A stretch of 64,000 nt of DNA from Tubiluchus corallicola (lineage: Eukaryota; Animalia; Priapulida), in the NCBI GenBank assembly GCA_030141605.1, contig JAQGDQ010000441.1, forward strand, positions 108,197-172,196, read 5' to 3'. Made by a program: the position numbers and the translations under genes. The notes below the pieces were generated by a model. The model worked only from the letters and a program-made list of their open reading frames with translations. It did not search any database and was not told the DNA's origin. Positions 1-11,238 of the stretch are shown one piece after another; within the stretch, counting starts at the first letter, position 1, and the number at the start of each line of letters is the position of its first letter.

Positions 1-969
1 GGTGTCGCTGCTGTCAATAGATTGTTTAGAACACGTCAAGAGGAGACGAAATGCTTTACGGAATTCTACGTTCCTGCGTGCGTAGATAATTGGATTGGTG
101 GCCGAACCCACGTATTTGAGCATCAGCGTTGCTTCAAATACCCATCTTGGAATACGGAAACCCAATCCTTGAAACTCTGAAATGACAAAAAATTGAAACC
201 ACGAGAACAGAAAGCTAATGAGAACGAAGCCCACAGTTACTGTAGCTTTATTTTGTTTTTGAACCGTCCGAGTGCGCTGCTCGGGTGCGATGCGCCGCAA
301 CTGCGAGGTGGCTGCTCTCCATATTCTGGCATATGCCACGAATAACACCAGTCCCGGAATAATGTTGAACACTAACACGGATACACGGAACGAGACTTCA
401 GTTTCCCATCTTATGCACTCTATTCCCAGTTTTATCCATATTGGGACGACAGTACTTCCAGTTAAAATGATTGGAACCACCCATGCTGTACCAATGATGA
501 ATTTAAACCATGTGTCTGGCAGCCATTTTTTGTATTGTAATGGGTACATTATAGCTATGTACCTTTCGGCCGCAATGGCATATAGGTGCACGCAGCTGCA
601 GTTACCAATATACGTGTCTATCAAGAAGAACATGGTACAGAAGGCCTTCCTTCTCAGGAATTCATGGACGACTTGTATATTTCCGGTTCTGACTCCCCAG
701 TAGTATGCCGTCCTCATTATGCATGCTGGGATGAGGAATAATCCGTAGATCAGGTCGGCCGTTGCTAGCGAAGAGAGTAACCGGTTGCTCTGGTTGTTAA
801 GCGCAGCATACTTCTTCACAGAAAGTATAACCAGAACGTTACCAATCACCGTGATGATGCACAGCGCGTAATAAACGACCACGTGAAAAATCGGATTAAG
901 AAGTCCATCGTCTTCCGGTTTTTGTTCACCTCTTGGTCCAGCGGACAAATTTTTGTCAGTCATTTCCAT
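1..969 (-). CDS. Intronless class A (rhodopsin-family) GPCR, aminergic-like; C-terminus runs off the window start
   Basis: Manual translation from ATG at 969 (in-frame TAA upstream at 1000-1002) is open for 323 codons: MEMTDKNLS..., TM1 GNVLV, TM2 LATADL, TM3 C..D..ERY, TM4 W, TM5 P..Y, TM6 FLFSWFQ, TM7 NPIIY, helix 8 FRKAF. It is absent from the ORF track because no stop lies inside the window. Confidence 0.93.
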   Translation of the reverse strand, partial: MEMTDKNLSAGPRGEQKPEDDGLLNPIFHVVVYYALCIITVIGNVLVILSVKKYAALNNQSNRLLSSLATADLIYGLFLIPACIMRTAYYWGVRTGNIQVVHEFLRRKAFCTMFFLIDTYIGNCSCVHLYAIAAERYIAIMYPLQYKKWLPDTWFKFIIGTAWVVPIILTGSTVVPIWIKLGIECIRWETEVSFRVSVLVFNIIPGLVLFVAYARIWRAATSQLRRIAPEQRTRTVQKQNKATVTVGFVLISFLFSWFQFFVISEFQGLGFRIPRWVFEATLMLKYVGSATNPIIYARRNVEFRKAFRLLLTCSKQSIDSSDT

Positions 970-2133
970 TACGTGATTTGCAAATGCACAGCCTATATGT
1001 TATTAGCAGCAAGTTATCACTTATGACTGTGCTTAAAGGTATAATTACCGGACGTCTCTAATGTAGCAGCGAGTCTTGACCAAACACGTTTTAAAGAGAA
1101 CACATTTCAGCTTTGACTTGCTTGCTGCGGCATGTTTCGCTTTTTTTAAGCTGACGAAATGGCTTCCTTTTAGGGATTTAGCTTTTGTGGTTGATTTGTG
1201 TCAGAAGACCGCGCAGTTCTACTGCACATGGTGTCGGAAAAATAATTGCTCAGTAGTGTCGTATTGTTTAACACACAGGTTTCTTTCTTCATCTATTCAG
1301 GGCATACAAATGTAAATAGGATGCTAATGGTTGATTGCCCAGTGGCATTATATTTACTTAATCCTTATATGTGTCTTATTTACTTAGACACTGGTATAGT
1401 TCAAGCAAAGCATTAACATCAGTGATTTTACCTAACATTCATGACTGTGTAATAAAATTTCCGTTAATTATTCTGATTCAAATGAACAGCCAGTACGGTT
1501 TGCATTATAACTATATAGAGGTTGAACGCTCATGTATAACACTTAGACATGTATATATATGTGTGTGTATGCAAAATGCCAATACAGACAGACAATGAAT
1601 ATTTAAGTACTAATCAAAACAGAAAAAAAATTGAAATTAAATTTTGTATGAAAGGTTAAGTGTACTACAGCAACGCATCCTAACCGCAACCATCGCGTGA
1701 CATGTAAAGCAAAGCCGTGTGCCACATCAGTTCGGTAATTTCAATTGTTTTCCATGGTCTTTGCTTAATTATGCACTAGTTCGTGCATAGAGTGATTTAT
1801 TAGTAGGATCTTGCTTGGGAACAAGAAAAATGGACTCGGTAAGGTTCTAGCTAGCTGTTAAAACTGTTGCTATTACAACAGCATGGGCTGCGAGGCTTTG
1901 TCAAGTGTATACAAATGCGTTGTCTGGGACACTTAACCTCTGACTTTTTCATGATCATCATCACTGAAAATGACTAAAAGGATCAATGAAATTATTGGAC
2001 TAAAATCTCTGTATTTGTTTTTGCCTAAGTGTTTTCTCAAGATGGACTAAGAATATAAGGGCTGAAATGTTAAATTTTAACCATGTCTGCATGTTTTATG
2101 TGAGATTTTGTCTTCCTGGGTGTGTCTTCCTAT

Positions 2134-3322
2134 GAGTTACTGAGTGTGAGATAGTGAGAGAGTTTACTGAATGACTGCCAGTGAGTTACTGAGTGTGAGC
2201 TAGTCAGAGAGTTGACTGAGTGACTGTCTGTTAGTTACTGAGTGTGAGATAGTCAGAGAGTTTACTGAGTGACTGCCAGTGAGTTCCTGAGTGTGAGCTA
2301 GTCAGAGAGTTTACTGAGTGACTGCCAGTGAGTTACTGAGTGTGAGCTAGTCAGAGAGTTTACTGAGTGACTGCCAGTGAGTTACTGAGTGTGAGATAGT
2401 GAGAGAGTTTACTGAATGACTGCCAGTGAGTTACTGAGTGTGAACTAGTCAGAGAGTTTACTGAGTGATTGGCAGTGAGTTACTGAGTGTGAGCTAGTCA
2501 GAGAGTTTACTGAGCGACTGCCAGTGAGTTACTGAGAGTGAGCTAGTCAGCGAGTTTACTGAGTGATTGCCAGTGAGTTACTGAGTGTGAGATAGTCAGA
2601 GAGTTTACTGAATGACTGCCAGTGAGTTACTGAGAGTGAGCTAGTCAGAGAGTTTACTGAGTGGCTGCAAGGGAGTTACTGAGTGTAAGCTAGTCAGAGA
2701 GTTTACTGAACGACTGCCAGTGATTTACTGAGTGTGAGATAGTCAGAAAGTTTACTGAATGACTGCCAGTGAGTTACTGAGCATGAGCTAGTCAGAAAGT
2801 TTACTGAATGACTGCCAGTGAGTTACTGAGCGTGAGCTAGTCAGAGAGTTTACTGAGTGACTGCCAGTGAGTTACTGAGCGTGAGCTAGTCAGAGAGTTT
2901 ACTGAGTGACTGCCAGTTAGTTACTGAGCGTGAGCTAGTCAGAGAGTTTACTGAGTGACTGCCAGTGAGTTACTGAGCGTGAGCTAGTCAGAGAGTTTAC
3001 TGAGTGATTGGCAGTGAGTTACTGAGCGTGAGCTAGTCAGAGAGTTTACTGAGTGACTGCCAGTGAGTTACTGAGCGTGAGCTAGTCAGAGAGTTTACTG
3101 AGTGACTGCCAGTTAGTTACTGAGCGTGAGCTAGTCAGAGAGTTTACTGAGTGACTGCCAGTTAGTTACTGAGCGTGAGCTAGTCAGAGAGTTTACTGAA
3201 TGACTGCCAATGAGTTACTGAGAGTGAACTAGTCAGAGAGTTTACTGAGTGACTGTCAGTGAGTTACTGAGTTTGAGATAGTGTGAGAGTTTACTGAATG
3301 GTTGCCAGTCAGTTACTGAGTG
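2134..3322. repeat. 49-bp minisatellite, ~24 copies
   Basis: Unit GAGTTACTGAGTGTGAGCTAGTCAGAGAGTTTACTGAGTGACTGCCAGT (period 2281->2330), itself two related ~24/25-bp halves. Confidence 0.95.
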
Positions 3323-4456
3323 TGTTAGTTTTTTCTTTATATTTTTTTAACAGCCAACGCTTCACTAAACCAGGAATCTCTTTTTAACTAGGTGACATTT
3401 CTGGTGTGCCGGCTGGTACCAACAATTACTAGATCAGTGTCCTAGTTGTAAGCTTAGTTCCAACAAGGAGAGCTCTACGCATTGGCATTGTATATAATGA
3501 ATATATATATCTAAATCTGAAACAACAGGGAAATTTACTTGACAACAAAATAAAATCAGTAACCGTATTACATTACAGAAACACAAGCATTTGCAACTGC
3601 AAAGGCCTGCTTAGTTTGCTCTGTTCAAGTAACATAATAATGCAAAATAATAATAAAAACCAATGTGGTTAACTATGCAAAAATATATGCACATAATCAT
3701 ATATCACATGAAAATATATGCACATAAGGTCAATAATCCTATGACATTTTATGTGCAGTTAAGCCTATGATAATGCATATACATATATGCCTAGGCCAGC
3801 CAATATTTGCAAGGATAATGCAGAACTTTTATATCAAATATTATCTGCCTGAAAAAGGCAATTAACATTATATAGATTCATAATAGATATCAGTAGCAGG
3901 GACGTGTTCCATAAGGCATGAATATAACATATTTACAAGCATGGTGCTGCAATGGCTATACTAAAAGCGCCGTGGGCTCTCACTTGTGGCACTGCAGTGA
4001 GGGATACATATAGATGGTCATCTTGGGGATGATGTGTTTCTAATGTTTTGAAGGGAGGAGGAGGTGTCATTACCCGTGGCTAGGCTTTGCATTTCGATGT
4101 GGGTGGGTTGGATTTGGTGTTGTCTAGGTTTTGGCTTATTGAAATTAAGGACTGAGGCGAAAGGTGTAACAGTGGTGAGTTTTCTGTGTCGCAGGTATGC
4201 AATTAGAGCAATTAGCAGTAATAAACCTGCAAGGCTGGCAATAGCAATTTCCAATGCTTGAGTGTGTTGTGGCGAAGAATCTGTGGTGTTGAATATAAGA
4301 GTCTGGCAGAAGTGGTTAGCGGGCGATTATGCTTTAGAGCATCTTTTAGCTCAGCAGATGATACGTTGAGTGGCTTATGTGCATATAGCCTTGGTGGCGG
4401 AAGGGGAAGAGATTTGTGTGATTCAGTGGTGTTGTTTGCAGGTCTAATTAATCTGC

Positions 4457-4838
4457 TGTTGTGGAGATCGCTGGCATCTTTTAGAATTACATAGAACATT
4501 GTAGAATGTTCCGTTGGAACGACCGTCTTACCGTCTGGAATGTTCTGGAACATTACTTCTGGAAGTTTCTTCAGCGCGCTATATAAGGCGAAGCAGGCCG
4601 CCGTCATGAGAGCGCACAGAGCACAAAGATCTCGCACGGACGTATACTTACACATTCTCTTGTATACTTGTATTTTCAGATGCACGTAAACGTTTTCCAG
4701 ATTTTCACATTTACAGTAATCGTTTCTCTTTCCTTCATACTTTTGTGTTGTAGAATTCTTGCTAATTATACTAGTTTAATTCGACGAAGTGTTTTCTGGT
4801 TTTCTCTACGAGCCTTCTGAGAGAAACAAAACACAACA
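4457..4838 (+). mobile_element. Solo LTR (TGTTGTG...CACAACA, 5-bp TSD) carrying heat-shock elements and a TATA box
   Basis: TSD TCTGC at 4452-4456 and 4839-4843; HSE-type GAATGTTCTGGAA (4538-4550) and TTCTGGAAGTTTC (4557-4569); TATATAAG at 4580; homologous to 8244-8600. Confidence 0.8.
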
Positions 4839-5022
4839 TCTGCCCATGTAGGTGTTTTAAGTAATTTACTGGTAGAAGATTGATGAGTGTGTAAGGTTTA
4901 TGATAGAAGATTCATAGTAGTATTTTGGGAGTGTCACAGATGGGCTTGTAGTTTGACAACCAATGTGTAGGGGAATAATTTATTGAACAGTAATGGATAA
5001 TTCTGTGCTGGTTGCTGTTGCA

Positions 5023-6031
5023 CAGTGGCTGTTCGTAGTTATTGGGGGGGGGGCTGCTTCAGGAAATTTTTAACCTTTATTTCAATACTGTATGAAACGA
5101 AACAAACAATTTGTCATTTTAATGTTGTAATTTGTAATTGTAATTTTAAACAAACAAACATACGAAAGTTTGTACATAAACTTTATAAAATTCTAAACAA
5201 AGCAAATATTTTTGCTTACTAATAGCCTAAATTATCGCAGTTCAAGCTTGATCCATTCACGGTAAGCATGTTACAACTGACAAAAAACTGTGTGAGCTAC
5301 AGTACTTTTTCTGCCTGGCTCAGACATGTGCACATGGCCGCATGCACAGAACAGCCAAAATCATCACTATGCTGGGCTGTGAAGCAAACAGTGCTACCCT
5401 CACGTGCTCTGGTTCCGTACAAGTACAAAGAAAGAACTAAAGAAAAAGGACTTACAGTCATACCTACGTTTTCAAACGTCTCCGTACTCGTACAAATCGG
5501 CTTTCGACTAGAAAATTCGAGCTGAAATTGTCTCCGCTCTCGACCAGAATCACCAGAAACGCGTGCACGGCGAGCCGAGTAGAGCTGAGCATAACAGACC
5601 ACGCCACAGAGTAGTCACGCAAGTCACGCAAGTGTTTCTGCTCTTGCCTACGTATACCACCACACTGCTACTAACACGTATGGTTTTTTCATGCGGGAAT
5701 AATTGTGTTTTTCTTTCTAAGTAACTCTATTATGTTTTTGGTATCAATTATATCATATCTACTGTTTGAATAAACATTTTTGCATTATTATATTTCGTTT
5801 CAGTAATACTTTACAGTTCATTTGGTACTTGAGAACGGATTATTTGCTTTTACATTATTTCTTATGGAAATAAATGATTCGGTTCTCAACCAAATCGGTT
5901 TTCAAACACTTATTAGGAACAAATTATGGTCGAAAACCGAAGTATGGCTGTATTATATTGAATATTATTGGTAGTATAGAGCAAATAGGGGATGCTTCAG
6001 TTCCACAGTACCTACACACGAACCGCCATTG
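5023..6031. mobile_element. hAT-like non-autonomous element (CAGTGGC TIR family) with a nested Tigger-like MITE
   Basis: Ends CAGTGGCTGTTCGT / ACGAACCGCCATTG; degenerate 8-bp TSD CTGTTGCA/TTGGTGCA; homologous to 16787-17400 and 62128-62618. Confidence 0.75.
5455..5950. mobile_element. pogo/Tigger-like MITE nested in the hAT element
   Basis: TA|CAGTCATACCTACGTTTTC ... GAAAACCGAAGTATGGCTG|TA. Removing it restores the host sequence seen in the 16787-17400 copy. Confidence 0.75.
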
Positions 6032-6362
6032 TTGGTGCATTTAAAGTTTATTAGCGAGTGAGAGTGTAAGCAAGGATGTGAAAGTTGTTTGTGGCTGGGA
6101 TAAGTACTGTGCATACATCTGCTAGTAGCAAAGTGATTTTTGCTGTAATCTGTGTTGGTAAATTCTTGTGCAATTGTGATTGACTGAAACACTACTCTTG
6201 CTGCATTTGCTGTGATCAATAGCAAAAATCTGAAAAATAAATAATCATTCAATCAGCCAATGGGATGCCAAAGTTGCAATGAATGAAATATTTCCACAAA
6301 GTACTGAGAGAAGAGGCTAATTAGGCTGTGTAACGTGGGCTACCTTAGAGGAAGGTGATGAT

Positions 6363-7119
6363 TCATCTGCTATAATAGGTAGGTGGAGTTGCTATGCTGG
6401 TGTGACGAGTGTAGTTGTTTCGTCTGTGTCTCAGTTGGGATCTAGAGGCATTTATAATAAGCAGAGTGGGTGACAAAGTGAACTTGCTTGGGGGGTGGAG
6501 ATTGTGGTTGATAACTCGGCTTCTAAAGAGTGGGGGCACTTGGTTGTTTGAGGTGGTTGGGGGTAATGCAGTTGTGTCAGTGTCAACAGCATGGGGCCGG
6601 GTACGTGGTGATAAATCATCTTCTGTATAGTAACACAAGCGAGATGGTGCATAATAGTAGGATAGAGGGGATGGTATATCAACTGGGTTATCTGCTTGGG
6701 GTGTGTCTAGAGGAACATTGCACAAGCTTGCTGGCTGTCCTGTGTGCGAGTGTCGTTGGTAGGTTGTTCAGAAAGGGTCTTTTGTAACTTGGCTAGTTTT
6801 ACTAAATCTTCGGGAGACCAATCTGTGTCTTCGTCCTCTAAGTCAAAGTCCTCTAAGAGGGTGGTTCTGCATGAGCTAATGTTGCTTTGGATGATGTGGT
6901 GTGGGTAGTGAAGTAGGGTGGCATGGTGTGGGTGGTGTGGTGTACAGCTGTGTGTTGTGGTTGGTATAGATATAGGCGGGTGGGTATGGAGTGCTGAGGG
7001 TGGTATGGTGGGTGTGGTGTGTTGTGATGTGGTGTAGTGGACGTGGTAGGGTTTGTGACTATGGGTTTATGCGCCAAATTTTTTTGCTGGGGTTTGGCTA
7101 GTCTATATATTAATTTCAC
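6363..7119 (-). mobile_element. Decayed Pro/Thr/His-rich coding relic, possibly the upstream part of the same retroelement
   Basis: Strong A/C skew on the minus strand and broken Pro/Thr-rich ORFs with an acidic patch (EDFDLEDEDTDW); no recognisable domain. Confidence 0.3.
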
Positions 7120-7628
7120 ATATGTCTGTATATATTTATTTTTTTATATTAGTTTATGTGACTATAACTACAAGAGCTACACCATTTTCGGCGATCTATT
7201 TATCAAACTGAACTTCGATCTATTTTCCTCCCACTTAAATTGGGACCACGGGGAGGATCGGGCGGACAAATATATATTAATCTATCCCATTCCATATTTA
7301 GCTCCTAGATGGTTTTATTCATCTTATTGCGTGACTGTTCATTATTTTATTTCGCTGAAGCTTTTTGTTGAGAAAGTTAAGCTTGTAAGAAGATTTTCGT
7401 GATTTTGTTTCTCCGCTGTTTTCATTATTCATCCATCTTTCTTGAATCCTCTTAGTTTGCTGACATTTGCCATTAAAGTGCGTGCACACTGTGACATCAG
7501 ATGCACATCTTTACTTTTGTTGATATTGCATTGCAAAAGTGGGAGTAAACATAATCGTTAGATTGTCAGGTCGCTCAGACTTGACAAACATGAAACAATC
7601 TAGTCACATGCAACTGTACATAAAAGAT

Positions 7629-7780
7629 GGCGCGTTCAGACATGTAGAGACTTTGCTCGCAACTTGTTACCGCAACTTCTATCTGAAAGTAAAGTTGCAA
7701 CATGTGAATGGCTTGGCAACTTCTCTTAGAGAGAAGTTGCGCAACATGTTGCAAGAGAAATCTCTACGGCTGGACGTGCC
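7629..7780. mobile_element. Short palindromic MITE (Harbinger-like ends)
   Basis: GGCGCGTTCAGACATGTAGAGA ... TCTCTACGGCTGGACGTGCC with internal inverted GCAAC/GTTGC motifs. Confidence 0.45.
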
Positions 7781-8243
7781 ATACAGAAGATAATGCTTCT
7801 CTTCATACAGCAGTTCATATCACTAACATGCAAGATAACAGAGTTGTCACGGTGTGTTCTTGACTTCGAAGTTCCGCAATGCCACGCCTGGCTAGCAAAT
7901 GGTTGAGCGACTGCAAGGAAAATCAGGTCTGTGTGATTTCTGACAGATACCACACTGCCTTGGCATTTCTTTCGTTGCGATGTACCTATGTGCATCCAAA
8001 TGAGGCTAAAAGGCAGTTTTGTTAAGGACTCATCTCGTGTTAAGACCTGTGTCCGTGATAATGAGAATCTGGTCTAATTGCAACCATTAATATCTGCATT
8101 ATATGCTATATATGTTAACTGCACTGTGTAAAAAAACATAATTATTTAAACTTCATTACACTAAACCTAAGTGCTTTTGCAGCATTTGATTTCGCTTAGT
8201 TACCATGACTGTCCTAGTTACTGTCTTTAGTTACTGTCCTAAG

Positions 8244-8600
8244 TGTTGTGTTTTGTTTCTCTCGGAAGGCTCGTAGAAAACACTTCATCAAATTAATCTA
8301 GTTTATTAAGCGAGAATTCTACAACACAAAAGTATGAAGGAACACGAAATGTTTACAGTAAACGTGAAAATCTGGAAAACGTCTAAGTATATCTGAAAAT
8401 ACAAGTATACAAGAGAATGTGTAAGTGGCGTCCGTGTGAATCTGCATGTGTCTCAGCGGCCTGCTTCGCCTTATATAGCATGCCCGAGAAGTTTCTCGAA
8501 GTTTCTTTCTAGAACATTCTACAAGGTAAGACGATTATTCTAATGGAACATTCTACAATGTTCTATGTAATCATAATAGATGCCCGCGATCTCCACAACA
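8244..8600 (-). mobile_element. Solo LTR, second copy in inverted orientation, with heat-shock elements
   Basis: TSD CTAAG at 8239-8243 and 8601-8605; TGTTGTG/CACAACA ends; HSEs GAAGTTTCTCGAAGTTTC (8488-8505) and TTCTAGAACATTC (8507-8519); minus-strand TATA at 8471-8477 and AATAAA at 8302-8307. Confidence 0.82.
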
Positions 8601-8675
8601 CTAAGTAAACCTTGAATGTAGTTTTTGAATGTAGCTTTTCTATAAAGTCTTTAGGTAATCTCATTTGTTTTACAG

Positions 8676-8747
8676 TTCTTGAGAAATCCCCGCGGGGAAG
8701 CAGACATTGATCTTACTTTCAATAATCCTCTTTCTCAAGCAGAAGAT
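8676..8747 (+). CDS. TBC1D5: TBC1D5 exon (FLRNPRGEADIDLTFNNPLSQAED)
   Basis: tttacag| ... |gtgagt, phase 0-0; NNPL insert motif typical of TBC1D5. Confidence 0.9.
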
Positions 8748-8783
8748 GTGAGTAGGCTATGACTGTTGTTTGTGTATTATTTA

Positions 8784-9302
8784 CAGGGATGAGAATTTTC
8801 CGCGGATATGCAGAAATCCAGGTTTTTGGAAGACCAGTAGTGCCATTTTTGTAAATCACGTAAATTCGTTGAGAAAATTTTTACGGACCCAGGACATTAT
8901 TTCACAAGCTGACCGCTAGTTGGCAGGCCGTTACATTGTTTACGTCACGTACATCAGTGTAACCACGTGTATATCTCTATGTATAAAAATACAGAATCAA
9001 TTGTGCGGAGTTATTTGAGTCAATTGCAGATAGTTTTTATATACTTTTGCATAGGAGCGGCCAGTACTTAGGCAATTGTATTTTTTGAGACAATTAGGTA
9101 TCATGTATCCTTGATAGTTGGGTATTTATGTAAAATATGCATGAAACAAGGTAACTGATATTTTAAGTCCACTTAGAGGCTCTCTATGGTCACAAAATTG
9201 CAATTTGTTGCTGGCGCCCCTTGAACTCCATTGGGGGCCTAGGTGGCCCCAAAAACCCCAACCTGTTTCAGAGTTTTTTACAATTTGTCATTCTCATCCC
9301 TG
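8784..9302. mobile_element. hAT-like MITE (CAGGGATGAGAAT TIR family)
   Basis: TIRs CAGGGATGAGAAT/ATTCTCATCCCTG; homologous to 17689-20044 and 56768-57269; flanks TATTTA/TATTTC. Confidence 0.8.
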
Positions 9303-10337
9303 TATTTCGAGTAACATATTATGCTGTAGTTAAGGGGGGAAGAAAACGTAATTTTAAAATATATCTAAAAAAAATTCCATACAAAGTTATTTTACTTAGC
9401 ATTGTATTTACCTGTTTGAAGGATTTGTGTAAGGAAAAAAGAAAATTATTAATCATTTACAACGTCTACAGGGTCTTAATTTAGCGATTACTAGGGTGTA
9501 AACGCGGCCATTTCTCCCAAAACAGATAAAGTACATATTTTTTGACAATTTTGAGGCCAAACAGATGCAACGTATTGTAATGTAAAGTATTGTAATGCTA
9601 GAGTTTTTGACACTGCCAAAATTTTGACTCACCTGGGGTTACCCATTGGTTATCAATAGTGAATGTCTCAAATTAAAACTTGGGTTTAGGGGGGGGGTTT
9701 AACACTAGCAATGTTGGCCTACCAGGGGTCACCTAAAGGTCATTTAATGGAAATCTCTCAAACGTATTGTGTAATATATCAAATTAAAGCTTAGGGCGAG
9801 ATGGGTTTGCCACACTTTGGCCCAGCTAGGGTCACCTAAAGGACATCTACAGGGTATATGTCTAATATATTGTGTAAAATTTTGTGTCACCACTATTTTA
9901 CATAATATCATACAATTTTTTTCTTCAGGGTCACCTACACCATCTGGTTTATTTTTAAATTGAGCTTTTTGCGCTGTTTACCAAGTATAACATTTCTATC
10001 TTAAAGTCATAAGTGATAAGTCATTTATTTCACATTACACATTTACAATAGTTTCATGTACAATATCTAGTGAAAGGGCCTATAATGAACATAATACAAA
10101 TAAGAAATACTGCACAGGAGAAGCCTCACACACTGTTTACCTATATACGAAGGTAAATGTGTTGCGGGCAATCAAAAAGCAGATTAGATTGTCCCACACA
10201 GTGAAAAAAAAATAATAATCTGAAAATTTAAAGTGAATCGTGTGATAAAAAAAACATTAGTGCTTAAATGGAATGATGTAATGAATGAAGCTCATATATG
10301 AGATGATATAAAAGATAGAAAGACTATTATTTGTTAA

Positions 10338-10517
10338 TAGTATGTAAAATTAAGACAACTAGTATGTAAAATTAAGACAACTAGTATGTAAAATTAAGAT
10401 AACTAGTATGTAAAATTAAGATAACTAGTATGTAAAATTAAGATAACTAGTATGTAAAATTAAGATAACTAGTATGTAAAATTAAGATAACTAGTATGTA
10501 AAATTAAGATAACTAGT
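10338..10517. repeat. 22-bp tandem repeat, ~8 copies
   Basis: Unit TAGTATGTAAAATTAAGAYAAC. Confidence 0.95.
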
Positions 10518-10589
10518 ATGTAAAATTAAGATAACTAACTCTTTACACATTTGTTTACTTGCTATACATTGTAGAACTTGTTCTTTCAG

Positions 10590-10657
10590 AGTCCTTGGAA
10601 TCAGTATTTTCAAGACGAGGAGCTGAAAGGTACGATTAGGCAGGACGTTACCAGAAC
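10590..10657 (+). CDS. TBC1D5: TBC1D5 exon (SPWNQYFQDEELKGTIRQDVTRT; arginine finger)
   Basis: ttctttcag| ... AC|gtaagt; IxxDxxR motif. Confidence 0.93.
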
Positions 10658-10699
10658 GTAAGTTTAATAAGTCATTTACATCGTTTGTAATTTCAAAAT

Positions 10700-11238
10700 C
10701 AGTTTACGATGCTTCTTCAATGAATCATACATCCAGGGACATGATTCTGCTCACCTCTCTATGCCAGGACTCCCTGCTAGCCGCAATGCCCCAAGTGCAT
10801 TTATTTCTAAGGATCAATGTTGAAGTGTTTAAATCTTTCTGTGCAAAATCTAAATATGTTAACATTTGTCCTCCTGCAGGTTTTTTAGCTGGTTCTATAG
10901 CTTGTTGAAGAGCTATCTTCACTGGAATATCATCAGGTAGTCTAAGCACATGCCCAATCCATCTTAAATGGCGTCTTTTTATTTTTCTTGTCCAAGGTTA
11001 TTCTTTTATTTTTTTCATATAGATCTTTGTTTGAAATTTTCTTTGGCCATCTAATACCCAAAATGTTTCTGTAATTTTGCCTTTGAAATGCATCGATTTC
11101 AGCTTTTTGATTTGCTTTTAATGTCCAGAGCTCAGAGTTGTACAGAAATACATTGTCAACTAAGGCTGAGAATATTCTAATTTTTGTTTCCAAAGAAATC
11201 TTCCTATTCTCAAAAACTTTTGTGAGTTTACGATGCAA
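10700..11238 (-). mobile_element. RTE-clade LINE 3' fragment (frameshifted C-terminal part of the RT ORF)
   Basis: ISLETKIRIFSALVDNVFLYNSELWTL...ILGIRWPKKISNKDLY, then after a frameshift LRWIGHVLRLPDDIPVK...AASRESW. Confidence 0.8.

Larger units (their letters stand above)
4018..6252 (-). pseudogene. Decayed env-like / type I membrane glycoprotein ORF of a retroelement relic, interrupted by a solo LTR and nested MITEs
   Basis: A signal-peptide-like start (FFRFLLLITANA-ARVVFQ) lies at 6252. Removing the LTR 4457-4838 plus one TSD restores one frame (IIPLHIGCQTTSPSVTLPKYYYESSIINLT...MGR|LIRPANNTTES...) that still has stops. A frameshift then leads to a TM helix IAIASLAGLLLLIALIAYL followed by RHRK. 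Confidence 0.45.

Noticed and set aside
85-125. TM7 lysine suggesting an opsin
   Set aside because: The Lys is at 7.42, not 7.43; Y7.43 and D3.32 point to an aminergic-type receptor.
272-703. 143-aa plus-strand ORF
   Set aside because: It is the antisense shadow of the GPCR coding sequence.
1830-1844. ATG GAC TCG|gtaagg as the TBC1D5 start exon
   Set aside because: The conserved N-terminal TBC exons could not be found between here and 8676, so it is unsupported.
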